Of a stretch of 64,000 nt of DNA, positions 58,589 to 64,000 are shown piece by piece. Where the stretch lies: NCBI GenBank assembly GCA_018303405.1, contig JAGVYD010000014.1, positions 9,350-73,349 of the forward strand, written 5' to 3'. The notes below the pieces were generated by a model, which did no database searches, was not told the DNA's origin, and saw nothing but the letters and a program-made list of their open reading frames with translations. Both the position numbers and the translations under genes were made by a program. The first letter of the stretch is position 1. Each line of letters begins with the position of its first letter. Source of the stretch: Candidatus Woesearchaeota archaeon. Its GTDB lineage: Archaea > Nanobdellota > Nanobdellia > Woesearchaeales > JABMPP01.

Positions 58589-59844
58589 AGGTTCACCAGC
58601 CTGAAAGGATTAGGAATTACCAGGTGTTTGACATAGGCCATCGCAGTGATTATTTTGACGACCATAAAAACAGGGCCATCATTGAGCGGGCCAGCCAGAA
58701 ATGCTATTTGCCTGCAAACAGGCTTATGCTTGAGCTTATTAGCCAGCACGGCGGAAAATTCAAGATAAGCTACAGCCTTACAGGGGTGTGGCTCGACCAG
58801 GCTGAGAAATTTGCGCCCGAAGTGATTGAAAGCTTTGAAAAGCTGAATGAGACCGGCTGCGTGGAATTCCTTTCTGAAACATACCATCATTCTCTATCCT
58901 ACCTTTATTCCAAGGATGAATTCAGGGAACAGGTTGATTTGCACAGGAAAAAAATAAGGCAGCTTTTTGGCCAGGCCCCTAAAATTTTCAGGAATACTGA
59001 GCTCATCTACAATAATGAACTGGCGAATTTCATTGAGGGGATGGGCTACCAGGGAATCATGGCAGAGGGATGGGACCATTACCTTGGATGGCGGTCCCCC
59101 AATTTTGTCTACCGCCCAAAAACCTGCAAGAGCATCAAGCTGCTTCTCAAGAATTACAAGCTGAGCGATGACATTGCATTCAGGTTTTCAAACCACGACT
59201 GGAAAGAGCATCCGCTGACAGCGCCAAAATATGCCGGATGGATAAACAAAGTGAACGGCAATGGGACAAATGTAAACCTGTTCATGGATTATGAGACCTT
59301 CGGCGAGCACCAGTGGTCAACAACCGGCATTTTCAAATTCCTGAAGCAGCTGCCCGGCGAGATACTCAGCCATCCTGACAACGGCTTTGTGACTCCGTCG
59401 GAGCTTGTGGCAAGGCATGAGCCAAAAGATGAAGTGGATATCCACAGCTTCCTTTCCTGGGCAGATGTTGAAAGGGACCTCTCGGCCTGGATTGGCAATG
59501 ACATGCAGAATGCGGCATTGCGCGAGATCTATGCAATGGAAAAAAGGGTCAAGGAAACAGGGGATGAAAGATTGATTGCGGACTGGAGGAAATTATTGAC
59601 ATCTGACCATTTCTATTACATGTGCACAAAGTGGTTTGCCGACGGTGACGTTCACAAGTATTTCAACCCGTATGATTCGCCTTATGAGGGGTTCATTGCC
59701 TACATGAATGTGCTGAATGATATAAGTGGCAGGATATTGGGTGCAATGCCCCGGCAGCAGAAATCAGTTCCAGGCACAGCTGCCAAAATGTGGGCCAATG
59801 TTGCCCTTAGCGAAAATCCGAGCAGGATTATTGGCGGCCAATGA
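58564..59844 (+). CDS. Glycoside hydrolase family 57 (alpha-amylase-like)
   Basis: YFQVHQP, ETYHHS, FRNTEL, LSDDIAFRFS, DYETFGEHQW and SDHFYYM. Confidence 0.95.
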   Translation: MVDVCFYFQVHQPERIRNYQVFDIGHRSDYFDDHKNRAIIERASQKCYLPANRLMLELISQHGGKFKISYSLTGVWLDQAEKFAPEVIESFEKLNETGCVEFLSETYHHSLSYLYSKDEFREQVDLHRKKIRQLFGQAPKIFRNTELIYNNELANFIEGMGYQGIMAEGWDHYLGWRSPNFVYRPKTCKSIKLLLKNYKLSDDIAFRFSNHDWKEHPLTAPKYAGWINKVNGNGTNVNLFMDYETFGEHQWSTTGIFKFLKQLPGEILSHPDNGFVTPSELVARHEPKDEVDIHSFLSWADVERDLSAWIGNDMQNAALREIYAMEKRVKETGDERLIADWRKLLTSDHFYYMCTKWFADGDVHKYFNPYDSPYEGFIAYMNVLNDISGRILGAMPRQQKSVPGTAAKMWANVALSENPSRIIGGQ

Positions 59845-59881
59845 TGCTGCTTAGAGACCAGTTGCCTATTATCAAAAAAGA

Positions 59882-60271
59882 ATGAGAATTGAAATGAGCG
59901 GGACAGAGGATGCTGACAATCTTTTGTTCCAGGCATTCAAGCAAAGAAGAGGTGAAATTTTGGGCAAGGAAAAGAAAAAGAGGGTAAAGGCTGAAAAAAA
60001 GCACGCGAGCTATGACAAGAGCTGCGAGCCAGGCCAGGCATTTCATGCAATTGACGGTTCGAGCTATGCCAGCTTAAGTGATTTTGCAAATGCCCTTGAG
60101 CACATGTCTGATGACACTTTTTATTACCATGTCACAGACAGCAAGAATGACTTCCATAACTGGATAAAGGATGTGTTTCAGGAGCCGAAATTGGCTGAAA
60201 AGCTGCTCCATGCAAGGACCAAGGAAAAGCATGAAGTGGTTATGCTTCGCTATTTGCATAAGTCAGCCTGA
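59882..60271 (+). CDS. DUF5752-like domain protein
   Basis: SLSDFANALEHMSDDTFYYHV...NDFHNWIKDVF...LAEKL. Confidence 0.7.
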   Translation: MRIEMSGTEDADNLLFQAFKQRRGEILGKEKKKRVKAEKKHASYDKSCEPGQAFHAIDGSSYASLSDFANALEHMSDDTFYYHVTDSKNDFHNWIKDVFQEPKLAEKLLHARTKEKHEVVMLRYLHKSA

Positions 60272-60459
60272 TTCCGGCTGATTTTTGCAGATGAACAATT
60301 GTTAAGAGGGTATACCATTCTGAAATAGTAAAAATACAAAGCTTTATAAATAATAAGCCTTGGAATCATTCAGAAAAGGGGTCTGCAGTCATTTTGATGT
60401 TAATCAAAAGGCTGCACCGACAATAAATAATTAAACAAAACCGAATGGGGGGATTGTGC

Positions 60460-60921
60460 ATGAAAAAGCTATTATATGCGATTGCAGCAGTATTTGTGCT
60501 GGCAATCAGTGTGGTTTCAGCAGCTTCCGTGGAGCCAGTTTATATGGAGGGCAACCCGGATTGTGAGGACCTCGGATTTGACAACGAATATAAGATAGAT
60601 CCACCAGCAGGTGGAATTTTCTTTGACGGCGCGATTACAACCATCTTGGACAGCCAGTTTGATTGGTCTTCAACCTTTGGAATGGATGCAGTGATTGCAA
60701 AGGGTGGCCCAAATGCCAACGTATATTATTATGACCCAGCATCCTTCGGTGATACTGATTTGACGTCACCGACTAATCCAGCCAATGGAAAGCCATACGA
60801 CCTCAGCCACATGACATTCTGCTGGGATGACGGCGGCAACGACGTTCCAGAGTTCGGCGTTATCGCAGCCATGACAGTTCTTGGCGGCGCAGGCTATTTC
60901 ATCTACAGGAAAAGGAAGTAA
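60460..60921 (+). CDS. Secreted protein with PEF-CTERM sorting signal
   Basis: Signal peptide MKKLLYAIAAVFVLAISVVSA; C-terminal VPEFG, TM helix and RKRK. Confidence 0.85.
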   Translation: MKKLLYAIAAVFVLAISVVSAASVEPVYMEGNPDCEDLGFDNEYKIDPPAGGIFFDGAITTILDSQFDWSSTFGMDAVIAKGGPNANVYYYDPASFGDTDLTSPTNPANGKPYDLSHMTFCWDDGGNDVPEFGVIAAMTVLGGAGYFIYRKRK

Positions 60922-60947
60922 ATTTCCTTTCTTTTTTTTCTATTTTG

Positions 60948-61095
60948 TCAAGAACCACCGGTCAGAGACTAGTGGAATGTCATGTTTAGTTCCACAGACC
61001 TCGTGGTTCTTGAGCATGATCAGAATTTTCCAACCGAGTGAGAGAAAATGCAAGCAAAGCTTGCCACCAGTCACAGACTGGGTGGAAAATTCTGA
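60948..61095. repeat. Tandem pair of long intergenic hairpins
   Basis: tcaagaaccac/gtggttcttga (60948-61013) and tcagaattttcca/tggaaaattctga (61020-61095), each with inner stems. Confidence 0.75.
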
Positions 61096-61205
61096 CATTT
61101 TAAATTGATTCTGATTATGTTGAATGTTCTGACTACACCTATACTGAATTTTTGATGTGAGGTTTTGTTATAGTAGAAGTTTTGATCTATTGGAATTTTG
61201 CAGCT

Positions 61206-62921
61206 TTAATTTCTCTGGCTCGTGAACCTGGTCCGGTTTGTTGCCCAGTAGATGATGATATACAATGCAAGGACAATCTCGGCCAGGAGCATCAGTGTCA
61301 AAAGCTCATCCTTCAGGACCGGAAGCGGTTGTGAGAAAATAATCGCCTTTCTGAGCAGGGATACTGACAGTATGAATGGGTTGAACTGGATTATCCTCAG
61401 GATGTCAGAAGGGATATTCTCTATTGGTATGAGCAGGTTTGAAAACAACAGCAGGCTTGAGGATATGAGCGCTGAAGCAAGTATGGTTATTGACTCTGAG
61501 CGGAAAATTACACCAATCAGGGCCCCGAACAGCACAAAGAAGGCAGCCACAAGAATGCAGATGGCAAGCGTGGTCCACAGGTTTGTCACAATTGTGTTGA
61601 AAAAGAATGCAAAGGCTATGCTGAGCATTATGATTATCTGGACGCTGACCAGGCTCAGGTTTGTGAGGAAATCTGCAATAAAAAAGACTATTTTATGGGT
61701 TGGCGACACTGAGTTGCGGAACTGTGCAGGGGAATTGTGCTCAACCACGAATACTATTGCGGCGAGGAAAATGCCTGCGAACATTATTGATATGGCCATC
61801 AGTGTGGGAAAGACAAAGTCCAGGTTGGAGTTGTAAGTGCTCAATGCCTTTATGTTCGCAGTGGCGGGTGATGCAAGCTGCTCAGCTTCGACGTCGCCAA
61901 TTGAGCTCAGCCTTTTCTGGATATCTGCCAATGATGTTTTCAGCCTCTTTGCCACTTTGCCGCCTGTGGACGCCAGGCCCGAAATTGCCGCATATTGGTC
62001 GCTGCTGCCCGATAGCTGCTGCTCGACAGTGGCGTAATTGGAATTCAGGTTTTCGACCTTGACGCGCAATGCCATCAGGCTATTGTTGATCGTGCCTGCA
62101 TAAGATGAGCTGAAAAGGTTATTGATGTAATTTTCATGGCCAAGGATGATTTTCTGGTAATTCCTGTAGGTCTGGAAATGCTTGTTTTCATCAGACTCGC
62201 TGAAATCCCCGCTCCTGACCAGGAGGTCGGCAAAGTCAAGCACATCCTTTGAGTCTGCCATTGCTGAGTCCACAGTGGATTTGACAGAGCGGATTTTGCT
62301 GTCGACGGAATCAATGTCGGATGAGTTGAGCCTGATGCTTCTATTGAGGCTGTCAAGGATTTCCTTTGCCTCGCCCGACCGTGTGATGATTTCTGCATTG
62401 CTCCCTTCCAGCGTTTCAAGGTAGGCAAGGTCTTTGGCCATTTCATCATTGATAAAGCTGGCCTTGCCAAGCAGGTCATTCGTGATGCCCGCAGAAATTT
62501 CCTTTGACCTCTCCTCGAGCTTGGAATACAGCCTGTCCCTCACGACCCAGGCGAGGTTGAGGTTTGAATAGTCGATGAATATTGAAATCTCATTGTTGGC
62601 TCCGCCAATTTCCATGCCAGGCGGGAAAATAACGCAAGTGTGCGCAAGCCCGATTTTCACATTGTCTATGCAGGATGCTTCCGAGGATGCTTTCACCGTC
62701 TGGAGCGGGTCTGCATTTAATTTTGCGATAAATGAGTTTGTCAGGCTTGAATAGCCGCCAGAATAGATGCTTACCTTGATTTTGTATTCGCTGAGATTGT
62801 CGAATGCTATCCCGGCTAGGAAGATTATGAGCAATGGAAGCAGGATAAAGACAATGGCCCACCACCTGGACTTAAGCATGATGGTCAGGTTCTTCTTCAT
62901 GATCAGGCCGATTCTTTTCAT
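61206..62921 (-). CDS. ABC-2 type transporter permease with large extracellular helical domain
   Basis: One N-terminal TM, long helical loop, five C-terminal TMs; FSNLLIPIENIP...NPF. Confidence 0.85.
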   Translation of the reverse strand: MKRIGLIMKKNLTIMLKSRWWAIVFILLPLLIIFLAGIAFDNLSEYKIKVSIYSGGYSSLTNSFIAKLNADPLQTVKASSEASCIDNVKIGLAHTCVIFPPGMEIGGANNEISIFIDYSNLNLAWVVRDRLYSKLEERSKEISAGITNDLLGKASFINDEMAKDLAYLETLEGSNAEIITRSGEAKEILDSLNRSIRLNSSDIDSVDSKIRSVKSTVDSAMADSKDVLDFADLLVRSGDFSESDENKHFQTYRNYQKIILGHENYINNLFSSSYAGTINNSLMALRVKVENLNSNYATVEQQLSGSSDQYAAISGLASTGGKVAKRLKTSLADIQKRLSSIGDVEAEQLASPATANIKALSTYNSNLDFVFPTLMAISIMFAGIFLAAIVFVVEHNSPAQFRNSVSPTHKIVFFIADFLTNLSLVSVQIIIMLSIAFAFFFNTIVTNLWTTLAICILVAAFFVLFGALIGVIFRSESITILASALISSSLLLFSNLLIPIENIPSDILRIIQFNPFILSVSLLRKAIIFSQPLPVLKDELLTLMLLAEIVLALYIIIYWATNRTRFTSQRN

Positions 62922-62963
62922 TTGGTTTTTGTCTCCGGAGCTTCATTAATTTGTTTCAGTAGC

Positions 62964-63929
62964 TTATTTATCCAGGAACATCTTGAAAAGGGTGTCCATG
63001 GACGGATTCCTGATTTCAAGATTCTCAATGTCTTCGTTGGTCAATACCCTGGATAGTGCATTGTTGATTATGTGCTCCTGCTGTTTTGCCTGGAGGATTA
63101 TCCTGTTTTTCCTGGAGTTTGAATGCTTGACTTCTATGAATGGCAGGCCAAGGATTTTTTTCAGAACGGCATCATATTTGCCGTCTCTCGTTATAATCTG
63201 GATTTCCTTTATTTTGGAGTGGAATTGCCGGAATTCGCTGGTTGTCCCGAAAAACGCGACCTTCCTTGTATGGAGAAAGACAATCCTGTCGCAGAAATGC
63301 TCAAGCTCGGAGAGAAAATGGCTGGCAACAATGATTGTTGTCCCCCTTCTGTTGATATTCTCCATTACATCCCACATTTGAACCCTGAGTATCGGGTCCA
63401 TGTCAGCAGTCGGCTCGTCGAGAATGAGGATTTTGGGATTGTGCACAATGGCGCATGCAATGTCCAGCCTTTTTTTCATTCCCCCTGAGAGGTTTTTGCC
63501 AGGCATTGACACAAAGTCATGCAGCTCCACAAGCTCAAGCGCCTTTTTGATATTCTGCTCCTTAATCGACTTGCCGAGGTTATATAGCCCTGCAAAATAA
63601 TTCAGGTTTTCCGAGACTGTAAGCTCAGGGTAAAATGAGGGGTCCTGGGTTGAAAAGCCGAAGAGCCTTTTGTATGATTCAGGGTTTTCCATGCCCGGCA
63701 CAAATTTCCCTGCAATCTTGGAGCCGTACATGACCCTCCCTGATGTTATGGGATAATAGCCTATGATGGCATTCAGCAGGGTTGTTTTCCCAGCTCCTGA
63801 GACGCCCACAATCCCAAGCATTTCACCTTCCCTGATGTTCAGGTTGATATTTTGGAGGATTTTCTTGCCGCCAAGCTCCACTGACAGGTTCTCAAGCTTC
63901 AGAAGTTGACCTTTGATCTCGCTTGCCAT
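62964..63929 (-). CDS. ABC transporter ATP-binding protein
   Basis: GVSGAGKT, LSGGMKKR and ILDEPT. Confidence 0.96.
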   Translation of the reverse strand: MASEIKGQLLKLENLSVELGGKKILQNINLNIREGEMLGIVGVSGAGKTTLLNAIIGYYPITSGRVMYGSKIAGKFVPGMENPESYKRLFGFSTQDPSFYPELTVSENLNYFAGLYNLGKSIKEQNIKKALELVELHDFVSMPGKNLSGGMKKRLDIACAIVHNPKILILDEPTADMDPILRVQMWDVMENINRRGTTIIVASHFLSELEHFCDRIVFLHTRKVAFFGTTSEFRQFHSKIKEIQIITRDGKYDAVLKKILGLPFIEVKHSNSRKNRIILQAKQQEHIINNALSRVLTNEDIENLEIRNPSMDTLFKMFLDK

Positions 63930-64000
63930 GCCTTTAAAGCAGGTGTGCTCATTATTTAAAGTTATGGATGCAGATATTGATGGATAACTATAGTTATTTT

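Overview
Archaeal chromosome segment, most consistent with a DPANN/Woesearchaeota-like organism. This is inferred from the HMf-type histone, Alba, thermosome, eS1, eS17, Spt5, class I LysRS, BHB-type tRNA introns, TATA promoters and tandem-Lrp regulator. Housekeeping blocks: slyD-ftsZ-secE-spt5-(insert)-rpl11, a bacterial-type purine/folate cluster with two purF paralogs, and a glycogen cluster. Most notable signals: (1) an integron-like array next to tRNA-Lys(CTT), driven by a tyrosine recombinase that appears to lack the IntI-specific insertion; (2) five dispersed MITEs (GGC...GCC-type ends, 8-9 bp TSDs, four of them 163-164 bp) that share a nested fold despite divergent sequence, three ending 15-16 bp upstream of a TATA box; (3) three hairpin-rich inserts that duplicate the 5' end of a gene and leave it intact; (4) a tRNA with a CAA anticodon, a 59/60 BHB intron and atypical identity elements; (5) an ATP-grasp + DUF2156 pair preceded by two unannotated micro-ORFs. 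All calls come from reading motifs by eye; no database searches were run.
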